From Camelus ferus (lineage: Eukaryota): a DNA stretch of 64,000 nucleotides. The DNA lies in the NCBI RefSeq assembly GCF_009834535.1, contig NC_045696.1, forward strand, positions 104,410,001 through 104,474,000, written 5' to 3'. The notes beneath the pieces are model-generated. The model made no database searches, was not told where the DNA came from, and saw nothing but the letters and a program-made list of their open reading frames with translations. Below are positions 24,310 to 38,010 of this stretch, piece by piece. Both the position numbers and the translations under genes were made by a program. Positions within the stretch are counted from its first letter, which is position 1. Each line of letters opens with the position of its first letter.

Positions 24310-24900
24310 GAGTCGTGGACACTGTGTCTCTGACATCTACCTCACTCCTGCCTTCTTGCAAGGCAGCCCTGAGGTTTGGGGGGTTGACCTGAGTTCCAGG
24401 GATGGACTCTATTTAGTCAAAGCTAATGAGGTGATCCTGTCTCCAGGGCTCCAGTGACTGAAGCAGCCATGGACTTGGGACCCCGTACCAGGATGAAGTC
24501 ACCCGGCACCTGGCATCCAAAAAGCCACAGGGGTTGGTCCAGGGATAATCATGAGACCAAATTCAGGCCGATGAAATGAGCGGAGAAATTGACATGCAGC
24601 CTCTGGGAAAAGAGCTTCTATTTTCTCTGTAGAAAGTTTCTGGAACCTACTCTTGCTCTCTTTCCCTGGAGACCATTATGTGAAGGTAGAAGGCTCGGGG
24701 CTGTGGTAGTCACCCTGCAAGCAGACCGAGGACGACCGGGCAATGCCTGGAGGAGGGCGGGGCCAGGGGAGCACAGCGGGCTGAGCGACCCCTGAGTGGC
24801 CGGCCTCCCTGCTTTCCAGCGGGACATCCTCAGCTGTGGGAGCCAATCAGCCACCTTTACGGTTCAAGTCGTTTTGCCTCACACTGTTGTTACTTGCCCT
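24310..24900 (+). mobile_element. Decayed MLT1 (K/L-like) LTR
   Basis: Degenerate MLT1-like motifs (catgagaccaaattcaggccgatgaaatgag; cagctgtgggagccaat...tgttacttgc). Confidence 0.45.
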
Positions 24901-27900
24901 TCAAAGCATCCTCACATGGAAGAAATAAAAGGAGAAGGCTCTATGGAAGTGCTCAGTCCACAGATGTGGCTTCGAGAGGTAATCTGAGGTTGCCATGGCT
25001 TTGGGTAGCCAATATGGAACCTTTGGATTTTGGCCTTTAAAGCCCTCATGGTTAAGGTGCCTCTCACAGCCATTAGCATGCTCCTACTCTAGCAAATGGA
25101 CACTCCAGCTGACCTGCAATAAGAAGGGTGTGAGCCTGGGTCTGGATGGTGGAGCTGCCACCCTCCAGGGCATCCTGGTGCTCATCTCTCCCATGCCTGG
25201 TCCCCGACTTAGAGCAGGAGATCCAACAACAACTCTCATTTGCTGGGCTTGAACTATGAGCCCAGCACTGTGTCATGCCCTCAACATACGCCATCTTACT
25301 GAATCTTCATCAAACACTTAGGAGGTAGGTACTTACTCTCTAGTAACAGAGGAGCAAACTCAGGCTTAGGGATAAGAAAGTGACCAAGGCACACGAGTAT
25401 GAAGTAGTGCAATGTGCGCTTCTGCAGAGTGAGGGCGTCCATCCGTGCCCAGGACCTGCTGGGCATCTGAGTGGTCCTGGGCAGCCCAGCCTAGAGCCCA
25501 GCTGAGAGGGGCCACTGTGTTCTGTGGTCCAGGCCCTTTCAGCTGCTCCCTCAGCAGCTCCACCCTTAAAGGCCACACCTTATGACTCTCCTGGATGCCG
25601 GGATGTTTTCCTACACACTCTTTTCGCTCAGCAGAACATGTATATTTTGTATTTTTGACTCAAGAATTCCAGATCTGTGACACCCTCTATTCGCGATGCA
25701 GCTCCAGGGAAGAAATTCAATTAGCATTTTGCAATAGGAGGCCAGCAAAGATTTGAAATATATTTGCACTAGAAGTGGTTGTGATGCAGGATTTAGAAAA
25801 ATAATGGAAATCTCTTTCTTTTAATATCTAGGATGTCTGCGTATGCCACACGGCTCCTCTGTTAACTTTCAGACATACACATGCTCACAAATTATTTTAG
25901 GTAAAAAAAAAAAAAAAAACAACCACCATGATTTCTAACACAAAGAACCTTCTCTAAATATTTGCAAACACAATTTTGGATTCCTGAGGCTAGATCTGTG
26001 CACATTTTTAAAGTGTTTGCTGTATGCCTAGCCTTCTGTTTGATTCAATTGATTGTTAAGATGTGGACCGTGCTCTCCAGGAGTTTACATTTAGTTGGTA
26101 GAATAAAATATAGACATTGGAAAAGTAAAATAAAAATGTAAGAGTAAATTGCCAGTACAATAGTATTTTAAGGCAGTGCCTGATTAATTTCCAAAACGAA
26201 TGATACAGATAATATGTCCTATTGATCAAAGGGGAAAAAATAATAGCCATGATTTACTAGGTCCTTAAAACCTGGCAAATTCTTTCATATGCTATTTAAT
26301 TTAATGTGTAAGTGGCAGGATCATACTTTTGAGATCTTAACTTCTCCTCTTACCCTCCGTTTAAACACCTCTGGCTTGTGCTCATTGCCGTGAGGGTTGT
26401 GATGGGGGGAGAGCAGATGGGGCTTGAAGCCAGTCTCTTCCTTAGTTTTCTTTCCAGAATCCTAAACCTTTAGGAGGGTGGGGAGGATGTGGGTATCTTC
26501 ACCATGTGGGGAAAACATCGAGGAAGAAAACCTGGCTTCCCCTAGCTTAGGAAGTGATACCCCAGACTGGAGGGGAGGGTGACAGAGAAAAGGTTGGGGA
26601 ATCAGATGACAGAGATGCAGAATGAGGGCACCTGAAGCCTGCCGTCTGGGCTGAGTCCTGGAAGGGGTGTGTGATGCCGGGCAGAATGCCAGCCTGGCAC
26701 ATCTGGACAGATGGACCATGGATGGTCCTATACAGAGCATGAAATGCAGCAGAGGTATTTCTGTGCCCCTAAGGCAAGGAAATGCTGACTGCACTGATGG
26801 CTCTGAAGGACCATTAATGACTAAAGAGGTGAGCACCATTTCAGTGGAAAGATGACTGGAGGCCCCCTCAAAACCCTAGCACCATAGACACCCCCCAGAA
26901 ATCAGCTGGCACTCTAAAGAAATGGGAGAATTCCACATTTGCTGGGGTTAATCTCTCCACTCAGATGGAGGAGGAGCTTGACATGAAACTGAGATGGATG
27001 TGGAAAAACTACTTGTTAAAAGCTACTTTTGTGAATGCAGATTCTCACCTGCTAAATGTCCAACTCTTTTTCACAGATGATGTTTTCAAAGTTGGATGAC
27101 CTGCCCAAGGCCCCACAGGCAGAAACGCGCGAAGCCCAAATTCAAATGCAGGTCTTGTTTGCTCCCAAGCCTTTGACCTGCAAGCCATACAATGAGATGT
27201 GGCTGGGAGGGTTCAAGGAGGCGTTCTTGCAGGATGTCAAAACTGGGCTGCTTCATAAAGATGGGAGCAGGTTGGGACTGACACAGTGCTGGGGGAGAAT
27301 GTCCAATTATCCTGGGTTGTGTAGACATGGAACTCCCAATGATTTGTGTCAAGATTGCTGGGGAACACAGTTGTCTTGCAAAATAACAGTATTTGGCAAA
27401 TGTGGTTTAACGTAGCCTGTGTTATTCTGAGCCTAAGTTTGCATTGGGAATAAATCCTCCCTCAGCTTTCTTTCCACTGAGAGGTGGGGCCCACTCACTA
27501 TACACATAGCTTTCAAGTCAATAATGTTCACTTTCCTTTGAGAAAAGATCTGTGTTGTGTGAATGTACTAAGTCTCTTCCCTTTGCAAAGTGAGTGCGGG
27601 ATGCTGCTGGTCTCCCCCCCCCCCCCGCCCCCCGCTGTCATTCTCACAGCTATTTAGTCTGAAAAACACATGGAAAGGAGTGGGGGCCACATTCCCTCTG
27701 GCCTGAGTTGGATGCTGCTCTGTGCCTGGCTTGCTGATGGGGACGCCCCTCAGTAAACACAATTTCATGGATGGCTGGGTATCAGTTTTGAGCAATGCAA
27801 ATGGTGAGACTGTCTGAAATCTTGCTTTCTCTCATTTCTTCATTTCAGTGATGGAGACACCCACGGAAAGCAAAGACTGAGTGAAATATGTAATAGACCC

Positions 27901-28244
27901 CCATTGGCTGTGCCTTTAAAACTGGCCACCACCGAACCCCAGGGGGGTGAGCTACGGTTGCAGGGACTGGTGGACAAGGATGCTCAGCCACCAGGGCTGG
28001 TCCTGACACATTCTCAGCAGGCTACCTCTACCCTTCAGTTTTTACATATTTATCTCTCCAGCTTTTCCTAAAGATGTTTACATGGCATGTTCTAAGTGAG
28101 CAAAACATATGACTGATGGGATGACCCCAAAAGTCAGTACTCTGGAGTTGGGGACTGAAATTCATCAAGCTAGAAGGGCCTTCATATGTCACCCAGAACG
28201 GCCCCTCCATTCTCCAGGAGAACAGAGGCAAGACACTGTCTTCA

Positions 28245-28362
28245 TTCTTTTTTGAGTGGGGGAGGTAATTAGGTTTATTTACTTAGAGGAGGTAATGGGG
28301 CTTGAACCCAGGACCTTGTGCCTGCTAAGCATGCACTCTACCACTGAGCTACACTCTCCCCT
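28245..28362 (-). mobile_element. tRNA-Ala-derived SINE of the camelid Vic-1 type, full length, with 13-bp TSD
   Basis: Minus strand GGGGAGAGTGTAGCTCAGTGGTAGAGTGCATGCTTAGC...GGTTCAAGCCCC...AAATAAACCTAATTACCTCCCCC plus A tail; A and B boxes present; perfect TSD gacactgtcttca at 28232-28244 and 28363-28375. Confidence 0.9.
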
Positions 28363-29419
28363 GACACTGTCTTCAAAGACCCAGAGCAGATAAGCAGCAG
28401 CAGCAAGGGTCTGGAATTCTCCTCTGACTCCAAACTCAGCCCTCCCGTTAAACCATGATGCTCAGCAGGCTGGTGGTTATCTTTGGCCTCAGCATGATTT
28501 TGTCTGATCAGTGAGAAAAATGCCCCGGGAATTTGGGCAAATGATTTGACCCCAGATTCCAGAATCCTCTGGTCTTTTTTATTGGCTGTGAAAGGCCATC
28601 TGGCTTTACATGTCTCTAGAAGCAGAGGTAGTGTATCAGTGTCATCAAGGTTGAGGGCTCTGGGTGGCACAGACCTGGGGGCACATCAGGGGTCTCGGTG
28701 ACCCTTACCAAGACACCTATCTTCTCTGAGTCTCAGTTTCCTCATCTGCAAAATGGGGATGATAATCACACCCATTCCGCAGGGTTGTTAAAGAGAAGAC
28801 AAGCCAGAGCCCAGCACAGGAACTCAAAACTGGCAGCTAGTTCTGGTGACAGCAAGAACCAAGGAGATCTGAGATGGGATGACGTCATGTGAGTTTGCTC
28901 TGTCTCTTTCTTCAGTGGCCTCTTTCTTTTTTTTTCTTTCCCCGGTATATCCCTCAGAGAAACTAAAATGATACTGTTTTTGCTCTAAGACCCTTCTCAA
29001 ATTTTCTAATGAATATAATTTTCAGAATAAAATTCAAAATTAAAATTATAATTCAGTTATATTGTGTTTTCACATATAAATCAGTGAATCTTAAAGCTGA
29101 TTTCATCTGTGTTGTCTTTAAACCAATATATCCTCATGTTAAATTAACACCAGGGCTTAGAATCATCTTTTCTGGATTCTTTAATACAGATAATGCTAAG
29201 AGACACCCTGTGTCAGATCATGAACCATATATGCCTTTGTCCAGACAGATTCAAAAATGGGATATAATTCAACAAACATTAATTATTGACCTTCTCTGGG
29301 ACACAGAGTAGGGGGGATGGGAGAGGAGGGGAGGAGACTCTTTGAGAGCAGATAGTCTTTGCCTTCTGCAAACTCATGCCCTAGTCGGGGATGGAGGCCT
29401 GCATTCATAACTCCAATGA

Positions 29420-29690
29420 GAGGTTTCCCAAACACTGCCCCAGGAACACTGTTTCACAACGAGTGAGTTCTATAGTGAAATAAGATTGAGAAATGAGTTA
29501 AGGAACGCCAAACTGACTGCTTTCTTGGTGGGCTTTTGAGAGCTTTTAATAAGTGAATGTGCACTGTGACTCTCCAGTGTGGTGCTGTGAGGATGCTTTA
29601 TGCGGCTTCCCGAACTTGACCTTGGCCTGACGGTGGGAGAGGCATCCCGTGGGACTGAGCTTCATGAAGTCTCCTTGGGGAACACCACTC
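29420..29690. mobile_element. hAT-Charlie DNA transposon remnant (MER103-like)
   Basis: gtttcccaaac...ggaacact left end, gagcttttaataag...gtgcactgtgactctcca core and ttggggaacacc right end. Confidence 0.55.
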
Positions 29691-32596
29691 GCATAGAAGG
29701 CAGACTACACTAGCATGTGCCTGCTTCTCTCAGCAGCAGAGACCCCAGGGATGCAGAATAATTTCAACACAGACTTTATTAAGAGAATTTATACTAAATT
29801 AGACCAAGCTTATTAAGTGAAGGCACGTACTCCAAGTCTCTGCACTAATTTAATGTCTGGCAAAAAAAAAAAAAAAAAATGACCTGAAAAAGTACAGCAG
29901 ATCTCAGGACCACATGTGATTTCAGTTTCCCTCTGTCTGAGGATCAGATGCTGTTGATTCCTGTAACCCTCAGGCTTATTTCTGCTTTTCTATTCTTTTT
30001 TTTTTTTTTTTGACCATTCCTATTCTTTGCTTTGGATCCTCTCAAAAGCCACAAATGGGGGTTCTGTGTCTGTCCCTTAATGGGTTCTAATTTTTAGAAC
30101 CATCCCCTTCTCAACTTGCTGCAGCTTTATATGGTAAGTAGAGGGTAGGACTGAGCGAGACCAGGAGCTAGGGTAGAAAGCCCTCCTTCTCCCAAGACCA
30201 GGCGGACGCCACTGCCAGGAGCAGGCGAGGCTGCACACTCTGGCAAGGCCAAGGTCCAGAGCACCAGAGGAGAGTCCCCAGCAGAGGCAGGGATGAGGCA
30301 GTCGCTGGAGACGGAGCCAGGTAAGGAAGCCTGTGACAAGCTCCACCAAGAGCAGGTGAGGCTCAGGCAGGGAGCAGGGCAGCTCCTTCTTGGGTGAGTA
30401 TCTCATGCTTCTTCAAACATGTTTAGCCAACTCTTGCCCCGATAGCATATGAAATAGGTAAAACAGAGCTGCCCTGATTATAGTGTTGGGGGAGAGGTGT
30501 CCTGGTGTGTCATCTGCTGGGGCATCTCCCTGAAGTCCCGGGCACATCCTAGGACCCTGGTCTGCCACCATCAGCAGCCTTCCTGACTCACTTCCACAAC
30601 AGCTGGGTTACAGGCCCTGGGTAAGCTGGGCCCCGTGTAGAGGTCCAGGGGCAAAGATGTGAGTGTATAATTTTTTATCATATATGAGTGGAACTTGAGG
30701 TTTTGTTGTTAGAAATGGATGAGTAGGAACTCTAAGGAAAAGGACAAATTAATTAGGCTTTTAAATGATCTTATCCCATGGCATGACCCAGAGAGAGACA
30801 AAGGACCTGGTCTTTGTCTAAAGGTAGCAGTTTGAGTCAGCACAGACTGAGCTTGGCCATGAGAGAGGGTCTGATTCCACCCTGAGAACATTGCCACTGA
30901 GCACAGAGGTGATGGCAAGGCGGTGTGCATCGGTCACATAAAGGAAGGAGGACTCTTTTGAGATGCAAGGTCCATCCTGACTTCAGCTGTTCTCTAGAAC
31001 GAAGATACTTGCCTGCTCTAGGCAGTACTGGCAACGTTTCTTATGTGTAAATGAAGTCTCAATATTCTTCTTTTAATTACTGGAAAAAAATACCAATGAA
31101 AATGAAATTCCACTGATTACTTTGGCTTTCAGATTCACTAAGTGGACACGGTAGGCTAACTGGGGCTGCAGAGCACTGCCCAGCAACAGTGCTGGAGCCA
31201 GTTCCCAGCAAGCAGCTGCCGTCACATCATTTTCTATCCCCATTGTTAAACCGCAATTGGAAATTTCACAAATGGGAACGAGTTCCCTTGCCAACCTCCA
31301 AAACTCCCTGCCATTACAGGCCCAAAGGCAATTAGAGGTTCACACAGCGGGCTTATAATATGTATACAAGTGGACTTTGGCGTGTTTAGAAACATACTGA
31401 GAGGAGGGCTGCACTGTAGACCATCAATTTCACAGCACCATGTTCGACTGAAAGGCCTTCTGATCTGTCTTTCCAAGACAAAAACATGGCTCCAGGGAGG
31501 ATGTAAATATTCAGGAGACTCCAAGCTCCTGACAAGGCAGCATGGCATCCTATGGTCTGGTGTCAACTCCTTTTCTCAGCCTCCTCCCCACTCTTTCCAC
31601 TGGTCCAAGTACCTTCCAGCAATGGGGCACCCCGAGCATGCCTATGTCACGCTTCTCTGCCATGCCATACGCTGTTGCCTTCCTTATCTTCCTAGTGAAC
31701 TCTTACTCATCCCAGAAAGCCCAATTTAAAAGATTTGTAAAGGATTTTCTCCTATGCTGAAAATTCACCAGTGGGGTGCAGAGTTTGTGTGGTATTTTGA
31801 TTCCAGACTTGTCAGATATCTCAGAAGGTAAAGGGTTTATAATGTTTGTTTCAATACACATCAGCTCCTGCCTTTTCCCAAACACATAATCACATTGACA
31901 AGATGACCAACTAACTGGCAGTAGGGGCAGTGAGGCACAGTGGAAGGAGAACAGGCTTTGAAGAGCTGGGGTTGGGCAGATCTGACTGGGAGACCTTGGG
32001 TGGGCTACCTCACCTCTCAGAGTCTCTGTTTCTTTTCTACTAGTTGGGACCACTAGTGCTTTTTTACCCCATGGATGTAAAGGGCCTCCTTGCAACACTG
32101 GCTCTTAAAGTTCTCTCCAGGAAATGATATGAAGAACTTCCACTCACATTTAATTGTTGAAGCAAGTTATGTGACCACACTCTACTCCAGTAAAGAGTGG
32201 TCCTAGCATCTGTCTTGGAAGAGGACAGAAACACTCGAACTCCCCAGTAGCCATTCTTTCTCCCACACTCTTTTAAAATAAATATATGCTTTAGTTTAAA
32301 AAGCATTTTTGTGGAATTTCTTTTTAATACATTGTAATCATATATAATATTAGAGCTTCTATTTATAAAGTGACAAGGCCATCTTCAGTTGTGGCTTAGG
32401 GGGATACTGGAGAAGGAGACACCCCCCCAGAGAACGGCATCAAGGGCCACAAAGAGGCCCCCCCACCCTAGGGTAGGGGGCCTTATAGCATCTGCCCAGA
32501 GGGATTTCAGGGTTGCTGTGAACCAAAGATTGTTGTGTTTCTCTAATTCTTCCTTTTACCTAGTAGAAATACTTTTTGCTTATTCTGCCTCATTCC

Positions 32597-32598
<2 letters not shown>

Positions 32599-32634
<36 letters not shown>
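32599..32634. repeat. (TG)18 microsatellite
   Basis: Direct inspection. Confidence 0.95.
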
Positions 32635-32635
<1 letters not shown>

Positions 32636-32689
32636 ACATATGTATGGAGAGGATGATGGTTGTGGTTGTAGCAAATACTTCTTCCTGTT

Positions 32690-33285
32690 AGGGTACAGGT
32701 TTCCAGATCAAGTGGAGCCACATCTGGGCCTGACAGAGAGCCTCCTGTGCATCTCAAGCCTGATGAAGAGAGCCTCAGGAATCATTCAGGGAACAGGTAC
32801 ACTGGGCTTGGAGCCAGTAACAGGTGGGACTTTTGGGTTGCCTCATTTACAGAAGTGTGGTTGCATTTTTGATGTGGAAAGGGCAGTCAAGCAAATATTG
32901 TTGACTAAGTGGATAGACCATGGTGTTCATCAATGTTGTTTACACAGTCGTTTTCAGTTTTTTTCCCAGACGCATGGTAGATTTCACTTCCTGGTCTTGT
33001 TGGAGTTAGGTGTGCCCATATGACTTGCTTTGGCCAATAAAATGTGAGTAGAGATGATTGGTGTCACTTGTAGGTGGAAGCTTTAAGGGCTCGGGCACCA
33101 TCCATCACATTTTTGTTTCCTTCTTTCTCAGTATCCAGCAATGTGGCTGCTCTGTCTTCTTGGGAAGAGCAGAGAGGAGCCCCCATTTTTTGTACTGAAT
33201 ATGAAGTGAGAATTCTTTGAAGTAACTGAGATATGGGGCTTGATTGTCACTGCAGCACAAACTAGCCTATTCTAACTATTCAAAT
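32690..33285 (+). mobile_element. Old MaLR element: probable internal-region end followed by an MLT1-type LTR
   Basis: ggagttaggtgtgcccatatgacttgctttggccaataaaatgtgag and terminal gtcactgcagcacaaactagcctattctaact motifs; the internal-region call is weaker. Confidence 0.6.
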
Positions 33286-34890
33286 AGATCAATTTGATTC
33301 TTCTAAAATCACTTTTTATTTTGGTGGGACTGTTCTACCCAGTTGGCATGTAACTGGAAAACAGTGGTTCCAGCTGGCCTTCTAGAGTTGGGGGCAGTTT
33401 TCCATTGCCGACTGGGGTGACAGGGATCTAGAGGTGATCTCTGAGAGTCTCTAGGAAAGAGTCATGGTAATGTTCATGGTGAGATCAGGACTAGGGACTC
33501 CTTATCTCACAGGCAGTATTCAAGCTATATTTCAAATAGCTACAGGCTGGCTGTGGTGTCCAGCTGGGGCACTGAGCCACACGAGAGGGCCTTCACTCTT
33601 GCACAGCTGTGTTCGGTGATTAATGATTCCTGTGGAGCCTTGGAGTCTGTGCCTTGCTACACTAATTAGTTTCATAGACTCTCATCAGATGACACAGTCT
33701 TCCTTTCCTGATATCCTGAAGAATTCTGCAATACTGATGAAACTCTCATCAAGTTCTACTGAAATGTTTGATAAACCTTTTAATATTGTGTGACATACGT
33801 CAGATTTCATGTAGGTGACTTCTGCTCAAAAATACACTCTCTTCTGTTGCCCCACAACTGCTTTATTTTCTTCCTGGGTTCTGCGTCCCCAGTGCTCCCA
33901 CGGCTGCACTATAGGCACTCCTTTCCATCTTCTCTTGCATGGAGCTGCCCAGAACGCTTTCTTTGTCCCAACCCAGAGGGGTCCGTGTCTCCCCTAGTTT
34001 ACCCTTCAGTCTGCTGGTCCTTTGCAGGCATATTCTTCTAGCCTACCTCTTCCCTCAGCTCCCTATGGTGAAAGGTCAAGGTCACAGATCTTACTAACTT
34101 CCAAGGAATCCATCAACACAAGGTTGGGTCATCTCAAAGTGTGAATCTGCTTATTTGGGGAGCATTTTACTTCCCCTCTGCTCTCTCCTTGGTACTTCAA
34201 AGCACCCCAGCCATTAGGGGAGCAAAAACAAAGATGCCAACAGATCTGAGTGGGGGAACAGAAAGGTTATATGCATACACAGAGAGCTTGTTTTCCTGTT
34301 TCCAAAGAGGTCATTAGTCTGGGTCTGGGGACTGGAGGAGAAGCAGCAGCAGAGGAAATGAGATGGGAGCAGAAGCCTTCGAGTGAAAAGGCAATGAGGA
34401 GCCTCTGTCCCTGAGGAGCAGGGAAGGGGCTCAGAGCTGAGCCAAATTTGAGAGTGGCCTCCTATGGCCTGGCGCCTATGGACAATCCACCCTCCATAGC
34501 TCACATTTTTGTGAGCTCCCGGAACAGAGGGTTGGGGTTCTGAACAATTTGTTGGGGATAAAAGGAGATCTTTGGCTCCTGACCAGTGTGAGTGATCAGC
34601 TACATAAGTTAAATAAGGTCCCAGAACAATAAAAGGCATTAGCAACTCAGAGATAAACGTGAAATTGCTCATGTTGATCTAAAATAAAAATCTGGTCTCC
34701 AGCCAAGTGCGTAACTATTATGCAAGCTTAGTGCCTGGATTAGTCCTTGTTTCCATGTCTTGTTTTATTACTAAGGGCTAGCAGATTTTCTTGGCTGATT
34801 CTGTACGAATTGCTTTGCCCTTTTCTCTGTCAGTCCCTTTCATGGACTGTCCACAGATGGGCCAGGGAGAAGGGTGTGACTTAGGGTTAC

Positions 34891-35053
34891 CTTGCCAACA
34901 AGCGCCGACCGTCAGTTGCATGGCTATGTGAGATGGATGAATGGGCCAATCGTTGGTCACCAGGTATGGTTCATATGTTGCTCCATCCATGTATAAGGTA
35001 ACCACAGGAAACTCCACATTGATGACATAGTAATGCCATTCTTTGTCACAAAT
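34891..35053 (-). CDS. CLSTN2: Calsyntenin-2 coding exon (probably exon 9), 163 nt, phase 0/1
   Basis: Minus strand ctag|ATT TGT GAC AAA GAA TGG... translates ICDKEWHYYVINVEFPVVTLYMDGATYEPYLVTNDWPIHPSHIAMQLTVGACWQ(G), recognisable calsyntenin LamG-like sequence; donor CAAG|gtaacc. Confidence 0.96.
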
Positions 35054-37439
35054 CTAGTGAAAAGAAAGAGAAGCAATACTTAAAATTGAATAGGCAATGA
35101 AATACCAAACAGACTTTTCTAATTATGAAAGGGAGGAGACATTTGGGGGTCAACAGTTTTTATTGCAAAGATCTCAATGAACACAATGGTTGATGGGTAC
35201 TGAGGTTATAGCAGCTCACATGAAACATGATGGGGCAAACCAGCGGGTAGAGGAACACCTGAGAATCCGATCATTAGGCAAATATTTGACTAAGGGCAGA
35301 TTATCTTGGTCCCATAATTACCAGCTGTCTAGGCTGGCAAGTGCTTGGTGGACAGGTGGGAATGTCAGCTTAAATTTGCTCTGTAGGAAACTTTTCTTAG
35401 TTCTTTAATAGAGAAACAGTTAAATTGAAATGCTTTCTCTAAGTTTGGGGAGAGATGGAGCTATGAAAAGAAAGATGCTAGTTTGAAAGTAGAAATGATG
35501 AAGACAAAGAAGAGGAGGAGGAAAGGAAAGAGAAAGAAGCAAAAGGGAAAGATGAAAAAAAGATGGAGTTAGAAGGGAGTAAGAGGGAAAGCATGAAGAT
35601 GGGAAGGGGAAGAATGATGAGGTTCAGAAGAGTAGGAACCCCCAGTTCTTTTGTCTCTATATTAAGCTTGTCCCAGGACCTGCTGTGGTCTCAAGCTCCC
35701 TTCAACTCAAGCCAAAGCAATTCTGAGAGACACAGTCATCCCAAGAGGACTCATCTTCATCCCTCCTTGGAGTCCCTGGGGAGGCAGACGAGGACCACAA
35801 ATGGGTCCTCCTGGCTGGACTCAGTGAAGAGCACTGTTACACACGTGTTCCCTCACAACTTTGCACCTAAGATTACTAGTCTTGGACCTGGGAACTAAAA
35901 TCTAACCTTAATGGATGGAGACATTGGGGCCAGGATAAAGTCACAATTTCTGACCTCAAGATACTGAACTCCCATGGCATTATCCAAAATAGAAGCCAAT
36001 ATGGTACATCTTGGGAGAGGAGATGGGAAACATAAAAGGTGGCAAGGCTGGAGAACAGCGCCCCCTCTCTCTGATCCCCTAAGCAAGTGTCTTGGATGTC
36101 ACGTGAGACACTCTCTCCTCCAGACTCCCCCTCCCTCAAATCCCACTGCACCCTGCGGCATCCACATCGGACATGTCTCTCATAGGTGTCCTCTGGTCTC
36201 CACTGCCCCCGCCCTGTGTGGCAGCGGAGACAGATGAGTTCTGCATGCAGGTGACCCCCAGGTGAGGACATCAGAGCCCTCCCAACAGCCCACTCAGGAT
36301 TCAATGTGCTGATTCTCATGAATAGGTAACACCAACGGGGATGCTAAATGAGCTTTTCCCTTTCATTTTGGAGTAAGATTTTTTCCCCTTAATGTTCTTT
36401 TTATATTGTCCTGTCTCATGTCTCAGAAAATTGCTCCTTTTGCAGCCCATTAACCTGATAAAGCCTGATGAATACTTTAGGGGCCCTTGGAAGGTAAGCA
36501 GGAGGGGTCAAGGCAAATGTCTCCAGAATCCAGTTACACTCCTCTGAGTGGACAGCTCAGTGCCTGTTACATCTCACTAGAGGCCCTAACCTGACTTACA
36601 CCCCTTCTTGCTCGATGCCTGAGACTGGATGCTGGGCTGGGTGCTGGCTCTTGGGATGGGTCTGTGACCCAGGTGAGGCTGGCCAGAGGTGTAGGTGTGG
36701 AATAAAGGAAGAGCTGGAGACAGAGTCCAGGGGTCACTAAGGAGAAGAGTGGGAACTAAGGAGAGTTTTGAATGGGGAAGCATCCAATCTAAGGAGCCCC
36801 AGTGCACCCTGGACTAGGGGTTTCTAATCAGGGATGGCCAGTCAGAACAATCCGGGGATATTCTCTGAGATATCAGGAAACCTCTGGCCGGTCCCAGGAT
36901 GGAGAGGGAGCGGGTGACAGTGCCGTGACCCTGTTCACACCCTAGGTCTTTTGAAACATAGACAGAGCATGAGAGTCAACTAAGCAGCACCAGGGGCTCC
37001 CCCGTCCAGACCACCATCCCCACCCTTCCAGGGGCCGTCCTCTCGGGCCTGACTGCCAGGCTGACTCCATGTGCTGGCCGACTCTCCAGCCCTCCATGTC
37101 TGCCAAAGCCGGATGGTCCTCTGTTTTGCTTTCTTTCACAACACTTACAGCATTTTTGGACAGTACGAGACAGTTCCAAGGAAGAAGTAAAATCAGTCCA
37201 TAACTCAGCAGAAGCAGCAACCCCTGTCAACGTTACAGTCTTTCCTGGAGCATCCTCCGCCCCAGCCCCCAGCTTTCCTGAAGCCTGCTCCACAGACAGC
37301 AGCCCTTGTGATGTCCCGCGCAAAAACAGTGACACTGAACACTAAGCCTTGGTTTTTGTTCCTGTTTTTCGATTTCCCATTTCATCCCAAGCATATCCAA
37401 GGCTTCCGGCAGCCTCAAAGTATATGCCTATAAGAACTT

Positions 37440-38010
37440 TTCAACATTTTTGGAAAATGGAATTTTTCTATTTACAGCATCACTAATAAACATCCTGTGA
37501 GACTACAGCTGGGAAAGGTCTATTTGGATTACACTGTACATACGACTTAAAAGTCTGCTTGTTTCACTTAATATCAGAATTCAAATGCCTTTACCAACTT
37601 CACTGTAGATGGCTGTACAATATGGATACACTATACTATACTGTATATTATAATTAATTATTACCAGGCACTAATTGTGCACCAACAATTGTAACTGACA
37701 CTGTGATGAATTTCTTTTTGCATAAATATTTATCTGCATTTCTGATTGTATCCTAGGAAGAGATTCCTAGAGTGGAATTATCGGGTCAAAGGTTGGAGGT
37801 ATTTTGAAGGCTCCTGACACATTTTGTCAAATTTTTTCCTGCAATAGTTTGTTCTTATTTATACCCCTGCCTGCAGAGTGGGAGAGTGCTTGCGCCCTGT
37901 ACCCTTACTACATTGAGTATTAAAAAAAAAAAAGGAAAGAAAAGAAAAGAAAAGAAAAAGAAAATCCTGGCAATTTGAAAGGGGAATACATTTTGCCTAT
38001 TTTAATATGG
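37440..38010 (-). mobile_element. Old L1M 3' fragment
   Basis: gattcctagagtggaattatcgggtcaaagg and gtgatgaatttc...gcataaat motifs. Confidence 0.6.

Noticed and set aside
28290..28362. tRNA-Ala-like sequence
   Set aside because: Head of a SINE: it carries a SINE tail and a 13-bp TSD, and the 3' acceptor-stem region is diverged
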